Virus record (IMG/VR): IMGVR_UViG_3300020197_002285
Reading direction: 5' to 3' (one strand)
DNA: 64,000 nucleotides
DNA from: an uncultured virus (IMG/VR IMGVR_UViG_3300020197_002285)
Lineage: Duplodnaviria > Heunggongvirae > Uroviricota > Caudoviricetes
The position numbers and the translations under genes are program-made. The notes beneath the pieces were generated by a model that ran no database searches, was not told the DNA's origin, and saw only the letters and a program-made list of their open reading frames with translations. Positions 28,843-37,667 of the stretch are shown piece by piece (the first letter of the stretch is position 1; each line of letters begins with the position of its first letter).

Positions 28843-29100
28843 TCACGGATTTGACAAGATTTTTCTTGAGGTATCCTTAGATTTCTCCAGATTTCGGTTC
28901 AACTGTTCCAAACCCTTTTCAACGTACAAGTTTTCCATATCGCAATCCTCTTCGTCCCCTATAACGAATTGATGATTGCAGCTATGGCACTCCACTGCTT
29001 CTACATCAGAAACTGTTTGATCGCTCACGTCGCCGTTACAAACCCAATTAGGTTTATCACACTTAGGACATGCGATCTTATACCACGTTTCGATGTACAT
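28843..29100 (-). CDS. Small Zn-ribbon protein
   Basis: CPKC...CHSC. Confidence 0.55.
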   Translation of the reverse strand: MYIETWYKIACPKCDKPNWVCNGDVSDQTVSDVEAVECHSCNHQFVIGDEEDCDMENLYVEKGLEQLNRNLEKSKDTSRKILSNP

Positions 29101-29149
29101 AAAAACAACCTACGGTTTGGGCTGCTTCTTCCGACCTGACCCTGAGAAA

Positions 29150-29560
29150 TTAGACTTCCCTTGAGAACTGGTCACAAAACGAGTTCTTCTCACGACCAAT
29201 CCACTTGGCATCCCAATTCATGTTTTCAAGAATCTGTTGGGCCTCTTTGTAATAAGGCACGAGAGTGTCTTTTTTACATTGATAGAACTTCAACAACTGA
29301 TTGATAACCAATTCGGAATCACCGTAAATGGTTAGTTGTCCATTCCATCCTGCATCTTTCAAATATCGCAATCCAACGACGACGCCCGCCCACTCTGCAA
29401 TATTGTTTGTGGCACCTTCACCCTTCAAAGCAATACCATTGCCTTTGCCGACTTCTTGCCCATTCTCATCGAGCAATCGAAAGGCATAAGAAGCTGTACC
29501 ACCGGGATTTCCACCCTTGATACTGCCATCAAAATATAAATCTAACTTTTCTGGTAGCAT
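29150..29560 (-). CDS. Ribonuclease HI family protein
   Basis: YFDGS..GNPG, TNNIAEW, GDSELVINQ, WIGREKN..CD. Confidence 0.9.
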   Translation of the reverse strand: MLPEKLDLYFDGSIKGGNPGGTASYAFRLLDENGQEVGKGNGIALKGEGATNNIAEWAGVVVGLRYLKDAGWNGQLTIYGDSELVINQLLKFYQCKKDTLVPYYKEAQQILENMNWDAKWIGREKNSFCDQFSREV

Positions 29561-29694
29561 GTTGGTTCCCATTCTTCGTAACATGAGCAATCGTATAGAT
29601 TTGCCCATTTAGTTTGTCTTCGGGGTCTGGATGCAAATAAGTAAGCCCTTCTATTGCTAGAAGGGCATGTTCCAAACGCTCAAGTCGGTCTGTA

Positions 29695-29931
29695 TCACGA
29701 ATCGGGATCATAAAATTCCACCCTGACGGATTTGGAGCGGTTTGTTTTAGCAAAGGCTTTGAATTTTTTGAGGTTAGACTCGAAAGCGGATTGTGTCTTA
29801 AAAGAAAAAGATAAATCCCTTCGGCCATCCAAAAAAGAATAACCACTTCCACCATTATTTTGAGGGGCGATTTTTCTAATCAATTCATCAAATGCCCCGT
29901 CATGACCCTTGTAGCTCACAACAATATTCAT
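29695..29931 (-). CDS. Hypothetical protein
   Basis: Start reassigned to MNIVV. Confidence 0.5.
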   Translation of the reverse strand: MNIVVSYKGHDGAFDELIRKIAPQNNGGSGYSFLDGRRDLSFSFKTQSAFESNLKKFKAFAKTNRSKSVRVEFYDPDS

Positions 29932-30599
29932 GATTTCACTCGTAAGGTTCATACCAATCCTCAGAAGAATCAGGATGGAGTCTAACACATTTCTGCGAGC
30001 AAGAACAACCCCCGTTTGGGAAGCTAACCCAATTACCTTTTTGAAAAGATTCTTGAACGTCCTTGTAAACTCCACCTGACATATCTGCGGCACCACCGGG
30101 AGGAATCCAGAAGAAACACTTTTCTTTAGGACACTCTAGTAGGACGATTTCGAGATTTTTTTGGCCTAAAAGTACGAGTAGGTTTGGTGATCCTTAATCC
30201 TTCCCCGTAAACTTCTATTTCGCCCGGTTCTCGGTAAAGACTGATTAAGAAGCGAATAACTGGCGATGTTTGATCCAGATTGTCTCGCATCTTGTTTAAC
30301 TTCTCAGAAGCCTCAATCCACAGATGCTTCTCTTTTTCATTAGTACATACAACTTTATACATTTCACACCTTCTTAGTAGTTGCGGCTCTGACGATGCCA
30401 ATCTTTACCCATTTAGGCTCTTTGTACCGCTTGCTGTGGTACTCTCCACCAAGGAGTTAAGCCACTCATTAAAACAAATTGGCTTGCCAAAGGCAAGTCA
30501 ATTTGTAGCGGTCAGTTCTCGTAATACGGGAATAGAAATGCCTAAGAAATCCATCTTGCATCATCAATAGCACAATGCCTTTTTTTGGATGATAACCAA

Positions 30600-30670
30600 T
30601 GGAGCTATCGAGAATCGAACTCGAACTTCTTGGTTGCAAACCAAGCGTCATCCCTTTAGACCATAGCCCC
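30600..30670 (-). tRNA. tRNA-Ala(UGC)
   Basis: GGGGCTA/TAGCTCC A with G3.U70, CTTGG TTTGCAA CCAAG, T arm TTCGATT. Confidence 0.88.
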
Positions 30671-30824
30671 AGTGGTGGAGGCTGAATCCACACTTCTCAC
30701 ACTTCATCGTGCATTTTAGGTCTGTCAGCCATTCTCGACTCTTGCAATATAGTAACTTGCAACAATTTTCTCTTTAAATAAATCCAGAAACTTCTATAAT
30801 AGGTAAGTTGAAGTTGTCTAGAAC

Positions 30825-30918
30825 GGGCGATTAACTCAGCGGCTAGAGTACCTGCTTTTTTGCCTAGACCGGCATCAAAACACGCAGGGAGTCGGGGGTT
30901 CAAATCCCTCATCGCCCA
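30825..30918 (+). tRNA. tRNA-Val(UAC) with 21-nt hairpin insertion at 34/35
   Basis: GGGCGAT/ATCGCCC A, CCTGC TTT [TTTGCCTAGACCGGCATCAAA] ACAC GCAGG, T arm GGGGG TTCAAAT CCCTC. Confidence 0.85.
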
Positions 30919-31004
30919 CTGTTAGTTAAACGAAGAGGTAGGTGGGACTCCTAATTCCTTGAAGGATATAAAATGCCCGTAGGTTTGGTGTAAATAAAAA
31001 ATAT

Positions 31005-31038
31005 GCGGGTGTAACTCAGCGATAGAGTTCATCATTGC
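31005..31038 (+). pseudogene. 5' half of tRNA-Gly-like gene, truncated in the anticodon loop
   Basis: GCGGGTG TA ACTC AGCGATA GAGT T CATCA TTGC, then RBS of next gene. Confidence 0.5.
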
Positions 31039-31049
31039 TTGGAGGAAAA

Positions 31050-31379
31050 ATGGAAATAGAAGGTTATGGCTGTGAATGGGATGCTGAACTTTGTGGTGGT
31101 CCGGCTGACGGTTGCGTTGATCGAGTTATTCAAGAGAATGGCGAACATCCACCAATATATTTCAAAAAGTTATTGAATGAATATCCTCAAAGAAAAACTT
31201 TAGGCGAGAAATTACTTGAACATTGGGGTACTCGTCATCTTGATGATTCCGAAAAAGTCGCAATTTATCGGCTTCGGGGAGAACCAGAAGAAATTGATGA
31301 AGACGCCGATGCTTGTCTTTATGATTATTTAGAGACGACCAACATGGGTGATGCGAGAGAGAAATATGGATTCAAATGA
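31050..31379 (+). CDS. Hypothetical protein
   Basis: GGAGG RBS; GGPADG motif. Confidence 0.6.
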   Translation: MEIEGYGCEWDAELCGGPADGCVDRVIQENGEHPPIYFKKLLNEYPQRKTLGEKLLEHWGTRHLDDSEKVAIYRLRGEPEEIDEDADACLYDYLETTNMGDAREKYGFK

Positions 31380-31962
31380 AATAGCTGCGTATTACGATCA
31401 ATCTTGCCGGGATTCTCAATATGGTTGGCAAGCCTCTTTTCTTTTCTCAGAGGACGATCAATACGTCAGGTTTGCAACCGTCAACAGCATAATTGCTCCC
31501 AATTCATCAGTATTAGACGTGGGCTGCGGCCAAGGCGATTTTTGTCCCTTCGCCAAGACTAAAAATCTGCTTTACACCGGTTTAGATATAAGCGGTGAAA
31601 TGATTCAAAAAGCAAAGCAGAAATTCCCAATGGCCAATTTTGTGCAGTGGGATTTTGTGTCTAATCCTATCGAAGAAAAATTTGATTATGTCATGGCTCT
31701 TGGCACTTTCAGCTTGAAGGTTGAAAACCAGTATGAGTATATCGAGAAGGCTTTGATACAGTGTTTTGTAAATTGCAAAAAAGCGGTAGCTGCCACTATC
31801 CTTACAACAGTTTCTGACGTAAAATACGAGAGCGATGAGTCCAAGTTGTTTTACTATGATCCTGCGAAATTGTTTGCGATTGCATCAAATATTACGCCGT
31901 ATTTGATATTTAATACAGCTACTTTGCCTTGTGAAGTCACTTTATATATGTACAGGTTCTAA
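31366..31962 (+). CDS. Class I SAM-dependent methyltransferase
   Basis: VLDVGCGQG, GLDIS..MI, FDYVMALGTF. Confidence 0.85.
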   Translation: MDSNEIAAYYDQSCRDSQYGWQASFLFSEDDQYVRFATVNSIIAPNSSVLDVGCGQGDFCPFAKTKNLLYTGLDISGEMIQKAKQKFPMANFVQWDFVSNPIEEKFDYVMALGTFSLKVENQYEYIEKALIQCFVNCKKAVAATILTTVSDVKYESDESKLFYYDPAKLFAIASNITPYLIFNTATLPCEVTLYMYRF

Positions 31963-32034
31963 TGCACAAGATTAAATATGATACTGCGGTGTATTATATC
32001 TACTGTGGGGGGCAAGGGACAAAATAGGAAAAGA

Positions 32035-32328
32035 TCACTTTTTCTTCTTTTTTCTCAATTTAGTTATCTTGTGTGGCCTCAAAACTGTTCCAGTCATTTC
32101 TGAAATATATTCAGGGCCAATATAAACATATCGAGAAACCCCACCCCGTTCAAATTGAACGTATATTCCTTTTCCTTGGGGATCGACGCCGGTAAAAACT
32201 CCAACGCCTCTTTCACCCATTCCAATTTTTGTGCCGGGATAATCTTTAGATGGATAATAAGGACCACCGGAAACTCTTATTTTGTCTCCGATTTCAAGTG
32301 TCACTTTTTCGGATAGTCGAAAACCCAT
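32035..32328 (-). CDS. Hypothetical protein
   Basis: ORF, basic C-terminus. Confidence 0.55.
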   Translation of the reverse strand: MGFRLSEKVTLEIGDKIRVSGGPYYPSKDYPGTKIGMGERGVGVFTGVDPQGKGIYVQFERGGVSRYVYIGPEYISEMTGTVLRPHKITKLRKKKKK

Positions 32329-32418
32329 CCATCTTCAACCAATGTTAAACGAGGAGTTTTGGAGTTGAATCCCAAAATGCATTGTGACACTATAACAAAT
32401 CCATTAAAAAGAAAAAAG

Positions 32419-32547
32419 GGCAGATGTGCGGGCTTGAAATCCGCATTTCTCGACTTGAGAGGTATCTTCTACTGACCGCCGACGCCTTGGCGGGCGAGTG
32501 TCTTTAGATATACTGCCGAAACAGTACATTTTAGACGAACATCTGCC
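32419..32547 (-). ncRNA. tRNA-Glu(CUC)-like RNA with extra hairpins in D loop and anticodon arm
   Basis: GGCAGATGT/ACATCTGCC, D stem GTCT/AGAC, CTCG/CGAG, CTCTCAA loop remnant, degenerate T arm GCGG..TTCAAG.CCGC, followed by U-tract. Confidence 0.6.
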
Positions 32548-32859
32548 GGTGAGATGGTGCTGAAACACCACCAGTATTATATATGATTCTGTTGCGACTT
32601 GCAACGAAAAAAATAAAACGGTAACAGTCCCTATCACGGATTTTGCAGACCCGCCCGGCTCCACGCCGAATTAGGTTCCACCCGGAGCGAAAACTGATGA
32701 TGACACCGCTTGTCATCGGTGGCACGAAAGATGCAGGGGGGGAGTGGTGGCCACTATGAAATTAGACATAAAATATCCTTTAAATAGAAACACCTATTTA
32801 AATATTATACAAATGAATTTATTTAATATATATAAAATAAATAAATAAAAAGGATTAAA

Positions 32860-33795
32860 ATGAATTTTAAAAACTGGATATTTTATCAAGAATCAATTGA
32901 ATCAAGAGTGCCGCAAATAAGTTACCAAGAAGTTATGAATCGCAAACTTTTTGGTCCAGTTTATCATGGAACATCCGAAGAAAAAAGGCAATCTATTGCT
33001 GATACTGGATTTAAAGTATTTGTTGGTGGTGCAAGACAAGGCGAAATTTCTCATGGATATGAATCAGGTTCATATGGTTCTACTGGAATTTCTGCGCCTA
33101 TACACCACTTAGGATATGGTGTTTATTTCACCACGGTTAAGAGCATTCTTCGCTCTTATAATTATGGATCAACAAAAGGCTTGAAAGAATATTATCTTGA
33201 TGTTCCTAGATTAGAAACCATAAATTTTGGAAGTCCAAACACAATGATGAAATGGTGGAGATCAAATGGCTACAATATGGATGAAAGTGGCTGGGCGGAT
33301 CACGATCATGAACAAAAAAGAGTTGAAGCAACAAAGAATCTAACGGATGTGTTGAGATCCAAATATGATGCCGTCTATTTCAAAGGTAAAGGACTTACAA
33401 GATTATTAGACGGAAATCAAATATGTGTGTTTGATCCTCATAGAATCTACGAATTAAACACAGAATTGGCTGGAGAAGGTGAGGTGTCGCCAAACGATAG
33501 ATTCGTTGTTAAAAACACAAATGTAGTTGTAAGAATTAAAGCCGTGACGCAGTCTTATTTCTCAGTATCATTCAAAGATCCTGAAAATCAAATTAAAAAG
33601 ATATACGGCAAAGAAATCATAGATGATGCAATAAGAAAGCATCCGGGATTAGAAGAAAGAATAATGCAAAATTACAATACAGATAGAGAGTCTGCATTGG
33701 AAATTTATTTAAACTACTACATCGACAAAGGACTTAAATATAATTTTCCAAAAAAATGGCTTGGTAGAAAATTGAAAAAAGGCGAAAGACCGTGA
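32860..33795 (+). CDS. ADP-ribosyltransferase-like protein (polyvalent ART type)
   Basis: VYHGT, GYGVYFT, YDAVYF, QICVFDP motifs; FKNWI N-terminus. Confidence 0.6.
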   Translation: MNFKNWIFYQESIESRVPQISYQEVMNRKLFGPVYHGTSEEKRQSIADTGFKVFVGGARQGEISHGYESGSYGSTGISAPIHHLGYGVYFTTVKSILRSYNYGSTKGLKEYYLDVPRLETINFGSPNTMMKWWRSNGYNMDESGWADHDHEQKRVEATKNLTDVLRSKYDAVYFKGKGLTRLLDGNQICVFDPHRIYELNTELAGEGEVSPNDRFVVKNTNVVVRIKAVTQSYFSVSFKDPENQIKKIYGKEIIDDAIRKHPGLEERIMQNYNTDRESALEIYLNYYIDKGLKYNFPKKWLGRKLKKGERP

Positions 33796-33893
33796 ATTAA
33801 CAGCGAAGATTACAAGTTTGTCCAAGCGCCCACAAGGCCAAGTCCAAGGACTGCCACGATGCCTATACCGGACTTCAAGTAGTCGTCGCAAAC

Positions 33894-34298
33894 CTAGACG
33901 ACGGGGCCGAATTCTACATTTCCTCCATAAATGCTTCGTGGGGTAACTTCCTGTTCCCTCAAATATTCAAGATTCACAAACACAAACATTAAAACCGTCC
34001 GAATCTCATGAGGACTGATTTGTTTACTTAATTCCAAGACCAATTCAGAAAAATAACTCTCTCCGTTTCGATCAAGGAACTTTTTGAATTCCTTCACCTG
34101 TTCCACCGACACATTATCGTTAATTACGGCCATATATTCAAATAAAGCGGCAATCAACTGCTCGTGATGAATCTTCTGATGAATTACATCCCAAGAATAT
34201 AAACCCTTGAAATGTTCATCAATCATTCCTAACCATTCATATATCGGGTCCGCTTCTGACAGACCCGATATTTTTTGAAGATTAAGTGGATTTTTCAT
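33894..34298 (-). CDS. Hypothetical protein
   Basis: ORF. Confidence 0.55.
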   Translation of the reverse strand: MKNPLNLQKISGLSEADPIYEWLGMIDEHFKGLYSWDVIHQKIHHEQLIAALFEYMAVINDNVSVEQVKEFKKFLDRNGESYFSELVLELSKQISPHEIRTVLMFVFVNLEYLREQEVTPRSIYGGNVEFGPVV

Positions 34299-34301
34299 AA
34301 A

Positions 34302-34335
34302 CTAGGGTGTTAGGAATCGAACCTAAACTTTTGCC
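34302..34335 (-). pseudogene. 3' half of a tRNA
   Basis: GGCAA AAGT TTAGG TTCGATT CCTAA CACCCTA G; no matching 5' half adjacent. Confidence 0.5.
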
Positions 34336-34531
34336 CCTCATCCCGCCTCACTTGCTCCCTTCCAAATGTTGTGTTGCCACATCCAACAATGAACGCAGTG
34401 CCTTTGCTGACAACAAATCAAGCAAAACGCCACCATCGTCACTCTCAGTCCCTAAACTTAAAATGATTGACTTATCTTTCTCGTTGACATTTACCCCAAG
34501 TTCATTCCATTCAAAGTAACCTTCTTCACCC

Positions 34532-35299
34532 TCAACGCCCCAACTTGTAATGTCCGCATATTTCCTTGAGAAATTCTCTAGTCTCTCGATTGAACATATT
34601 AAAATCTAACTTATATGGTTTACTACCACCAGCGTGATGAAGAACTTTTACAACTTTATCTTTAAGCATAAGTTTACCACGAACGACTTCGATATCTTTC
34701 CAAGAATCCCAATGAGTTTCTAGTCCCCAACAGTTTGATATGCCATAATAAACATTAGAGTGAATTGGGTCTACAATTTTCCATTTCCAATCTTCATTAT
34801 GCACCATCATATTTAAAATAGATTGCTCTTGAAATGGCCTACTATTCCCCATAGATAAATTATAATCAATCCAAGTTTCTAAAAATTTTTTACTAGTAGT
34901 TGCAACAAGTCCACAATTTAAATAAGTTTTAACGGGATACCCTTCGGATATTGCAGGGTCTTTTCCCGCTAACCCAAAATCATTATTATTACGAACACCT
35001 ATCACATCATACTGTAAATTTTTTTCATTTATCAATTCGTCTAATCTACCCGTAATCATAGAGTCGGCATCCATATGGATTACCATGTCATACTTGTCTA
35101 TTAATTGTATTGATATTGCAGGATGTATTGTTGTCCAATTAAAGTTCGGGTGAGAATTAAAAATTGTATTTATATCGTCTGTACCGAAAACGTAAAAATC
35201 TACCTCTGGATGAAAGTGTTTAATTGATTTTAACAGTTTATGAGTGCCAATTGAATGATACCAATCGTCCGATACGTGTGTACAAATTGCTACGTTCAT
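34532..35299 (-). CDS. Glycosyltransferase (GT8-like)
   Basis: IHMDADS, YLNCGLV, EQSILN, VLHHAGG. Confidence 0.75.
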   Translation of the reverse strand: MNVAICTHVSDDWYHSIGTHKLLKSIKHFHPEVDFYVFGTDDINTIFNSHPNFNWTTIHPAISIQLIDKYDMVIHMDADSMITGRLDELINEKNLQYDVIGVRNNNDFGLAGKDPAISEGYPVKTYLNCGLVATTSKKFLETWIDYNLSMGNSRPFQEQSILNMMVHNEDWKWKIVDPIHSNVYYGISNCWGLETHWDSWKDIEVVRGKLMLKDKVVKVLHHAGGSKPYKLDFNMFNRETREFLKEICGHYKLGR

Positions 35300-35775
35300 A
35301 CATACCTCTTAGAAAGATTTAAATATACGGGGCCATTATGTGTAAATGTTTTTTCTAATGAACTCATGAGTTCAGATGTACTTGGTTTTAAAAACATTAT
35401 ATTTTCGAAGTGTTTAATAATATGGTCATCGTGCCCCCAATGGGTGAACCCATCGTGTTCATAATCCATATCTCTACCCGACGATATTAATTTTACATTC
35501 AACTTCTCTCTGTTTACATAATTTCTAATTAATTCTATTGGTCTAAAAACTATGAATGGGGTGATACTATATGCAACAGGAATTTTTCCAGAATAAGAAA
35601 GTCCAGTACAGATACCAACCATGAGTTGCTCGGATGAACCACAATCAATAAAATTCTTTGGGTACTTTTCTTTAAAGGAATCAAATAACCCATAACCCAA
35701 ATCCGCAGTCACCAAAATTACGTTTGGATTTTGTTCTACTTGTTTTTCAAGATACTCAACAAATTCTTTTCTCAT
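35296..35775 (-). CDS. Transketolase-like pyrimidine-binding subunit
   Basis: TADLG, G.SEQ.MVG, YSITPF..RP.E, G.TH. Confidence 0.85.
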   Translation of the reverse strand: MRKEFVEYLEKQVEQNPNVILVTADLGYGLFDSFKEKYPKNFIDCGSSEQLMVGICTGLSYSGKIPVAYSITPFIVFRPIELIRNYVNREKLNVKLISSGRDMDYEHDGFTHWGHDDHIIKHFENIMFLKPSTSELMSSLEKTFTHNGPVYLNLSKRYV

Positions 35776-35806
35776 ATATCATTTCAGTATTGTTTGATAA
35801 ATTAAA

Positions 35807-36445
35807 TCACAAACTTTCCTTTATCATATTTAATATTTCATTTGTTGCCGTAGTGTAGTGTGCAGATAGTGGAGTTTTCCATTCGATAAACTCATTCAAG
35901 TCTGTTTTGTGAATTATAATTCTATCTAAAAATGATTTCAATCTATTCTCAATTTTTTGTATGTCAACAGATTGATATGCAGACCACCCATTTACATTAC
36001 AATGTACATGGATATTTTGGACTGGGAAATCACTAATGAATCTCAGTGATTCCCATATTGAGCCTTCCGCACATTCTCCATCTGAAATTATACAATAAAC
36101 ATCTCGTGTATTATCACCAAGAGCCAAGCCAGTAGCAACAGTCAACCCAAGACCAAGACTACCAGTTGCAACATCTATAAAATTATCTAAGTCTCGGTCT
36201 GGGTGTATGCCGTGATTTTCTAAAAGATGTTCGGCATCAACTCCATAGAAATGTTCAAGTACAACATACAAAGCCAAACCAGCATGGCCATTAGACAAAA
36301 CGAATTTATCTTGTTGTCTTTTTTTAGAATATATTTCATAAATTATTGGAAGCGTTGTCAGACAACTACCAAGATGTCCCAACTTATGTTTAACACTTAT
36401 CTCAACCAGACGATGTGCCAATTTATAGATTACCGAATCTCTCAT
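35807..36445 (-). CDS. Transketolase-like TPP-binding N-terminal subunit
   Basis: GHLGS, LSNGHA, TGSLGLG, SDGECAEGS.WE. Confidence 0.88.
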   Translation of the reverse strand: MRDSVIYKLAHRLVEISVKHKLGHLGSCLTTLPIIYEIYSKKRQQDKFVLSNGHAGLALYVVLEHFYGVDAEHLLENHGIHPDRDLDNFIDVATGSLGLGLTVATGLALGDNTRDVYCIISDGECAEGSIWESLRFISDFPVQNIHVHCNVNGWSAYQSVDIQKIENRLKSFLDRIIIHKTDLNEFIEWKTPLSAHYTTATNEILNMIKESL

Positions 36446-37268
36446 TACAATACTCTTTCAGTCCTTCTAGAAAATTATATTTAGGTGAATATCCATATTT
36501 CTTTTTCGCATAAGATATATCGGCTACCCATGTTTGACTATCATACGTTCTAAGTTTACTTGTAAGTTTAGTAACATTTATATCGTACCCAAATAATATA
36601 CGAAAATTATCATAAACTTCAAAATTAGAATATTGAATTCCTGAACCTAGATTTATTATGTCTCCTTTTATTTTTTCTTTATCTGATGTTGATACTTGCA
36701 ATACACCGTCAATAAAATCATCTATGTATACAAAATCATGAACACCCTCAGATATAAAGACACATCCTTTTGTGTGAAACTTTTCTGCGATGGTGGGTAT
36801 AAATCTTCGAGAAGGTTCGTGCCTACCATAAACAGAGAAAGGTCTAACTGTTGCAATAGGTTTATCATAGATTGTTGCATACGATTGGCATATCAGGGTT
36901 GAAGATGCTTTAGTTGATTCATACATTGTACGAGGAACAAGTATATCAGTCTCTTTCATCGGACTAGTCTTCAATCCATATTCGGAAGATGAACCAACAT
37001 TTATAAAAGATTTGAAGTCTATATCTTTTGTTGCCTCTAAAAGATTATAAGTAAGAAGTATATTTGATTCTATCATTTTAGAATCATCATATATCTCCGC
37101 TGCAAAATGATAAATGTAATCTGGACTAAACTTTTCTATTTCTTCTTTAACTATTTTATCACCTCTACCAATAGTCCAAATATTATTATCACCAGATAAT
37201 CTCTCAAATAAATTTTTACCCAAGAATCCCGTTGCACCTGTTATGATAATATTAGACATTTCTCTCAC
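36423..37268 (-). CDS. NAD-dependent epimerase/dehydratase
   Basis: ITGATGFLG, GSSSEYG, YESTK, RPFSVYG, DFVYIDD. Confidence 0.9.
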   Translation of the reverse strand: MREMSNIIITGATGFLGKNLFERLSGDNNIWTIGRGDKIVKEEIEKFSPDYIYHFAAEIYDDSKMIESNILLTYNLLEATKDIDFKSFINVGSSSEYGLKTSPMKETDILVPRTMYESTKASSTLICQSYATIYDKPIATVRPFSVYGRHEPSRRFIPTIAEKFHTKGCVFISEGVHDFVYIDDFIDGVLQVSTSDKEKIKGDIINLGSGIQYSNFEVYDNFRILFGYDINVTKLTSKLRTYDSQTWVADISYAKKKYGYSPKYNFLEGLKEYCNERFGNL

Positions 37269-37536
37269 CGCAAATCATTCCAGAATCAAGGGAGCAAAGT
37301 ATGGTTTGGTTAAGATGGCTAGAGGCACCACAAGAACTACCAGAAATGAAAAAGGAGGTGTATACGGCATAAAAAACAAGATAAACGGGAAGATGTATAT
37401 TTTACTTTTATCAATTTACATTCTATGCCAAAAGATGGCATTACTAATTCCAAAAGTAGGCAATTCCCGTCATTCTGCTCAGAAGCTCAGAAGCTCAGAT
37501 AGTGCGTATTGGCTGAAAAACATCAACCAATTTGAG

Positions 37537-37611
37537 TCGGGGTACTCGGATTTGAACCGAGATTTTCTTGCTCCCAAAGCAAGCGGAATAGCCAAGTTAT
37601 CCTATACCCCG
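37537..37611 (-). tRNA. tRNA-Pro(UGG)
   Basis: CGGGGTA/TACCCCG A, CTTGC TTTGGGA GCAAG, T arm CTCGG TTCAAAT CCGAG. Confidence 0.88.
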
Positions 37612-37667
37612 TTCCTGCGTTGGCGAATTCATCCCTAACAGAGTAATGAAGAATATTTTTGAACCAG

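Noticed and set aside
20901..30918. Archaeal bulge-helix-bulge or group I explanation for the tRNA inserts
   Set aside because: Canonical 37/38 BHB excision gives invalid loops, no consistent 4-bp central helix exists, and the inserts are far too short for a ribozyme core
32419..32547. Selenocysteine or opal-suppressor tRNA (TCA in loop)
   Set aside because: It would need C33, there is no long variable arm, and the body fits tRNA-Glu better
32694..32740. Hammerhead ribozyme-like CTGATGA...GAAA
   Set aside because: Stem II does not close correctly and no stem I/III partners with an NUH site were found
31005..34335. Trans-spliced tRNA from the two orphan halves
   Set aside because: Acceptor strands GCGGGTG and CACCCTA mismatch at positions 1-2 and the anticodon stems do not pair
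37243..37638. 131-aa plus-strand ORF as an intact GIY-YIG endonuclease
   Set aside because: Only a 15-residue N-terminal motif is present; the rest overlaps the antisense of tRNA-Pro, so it is treated as a remnant
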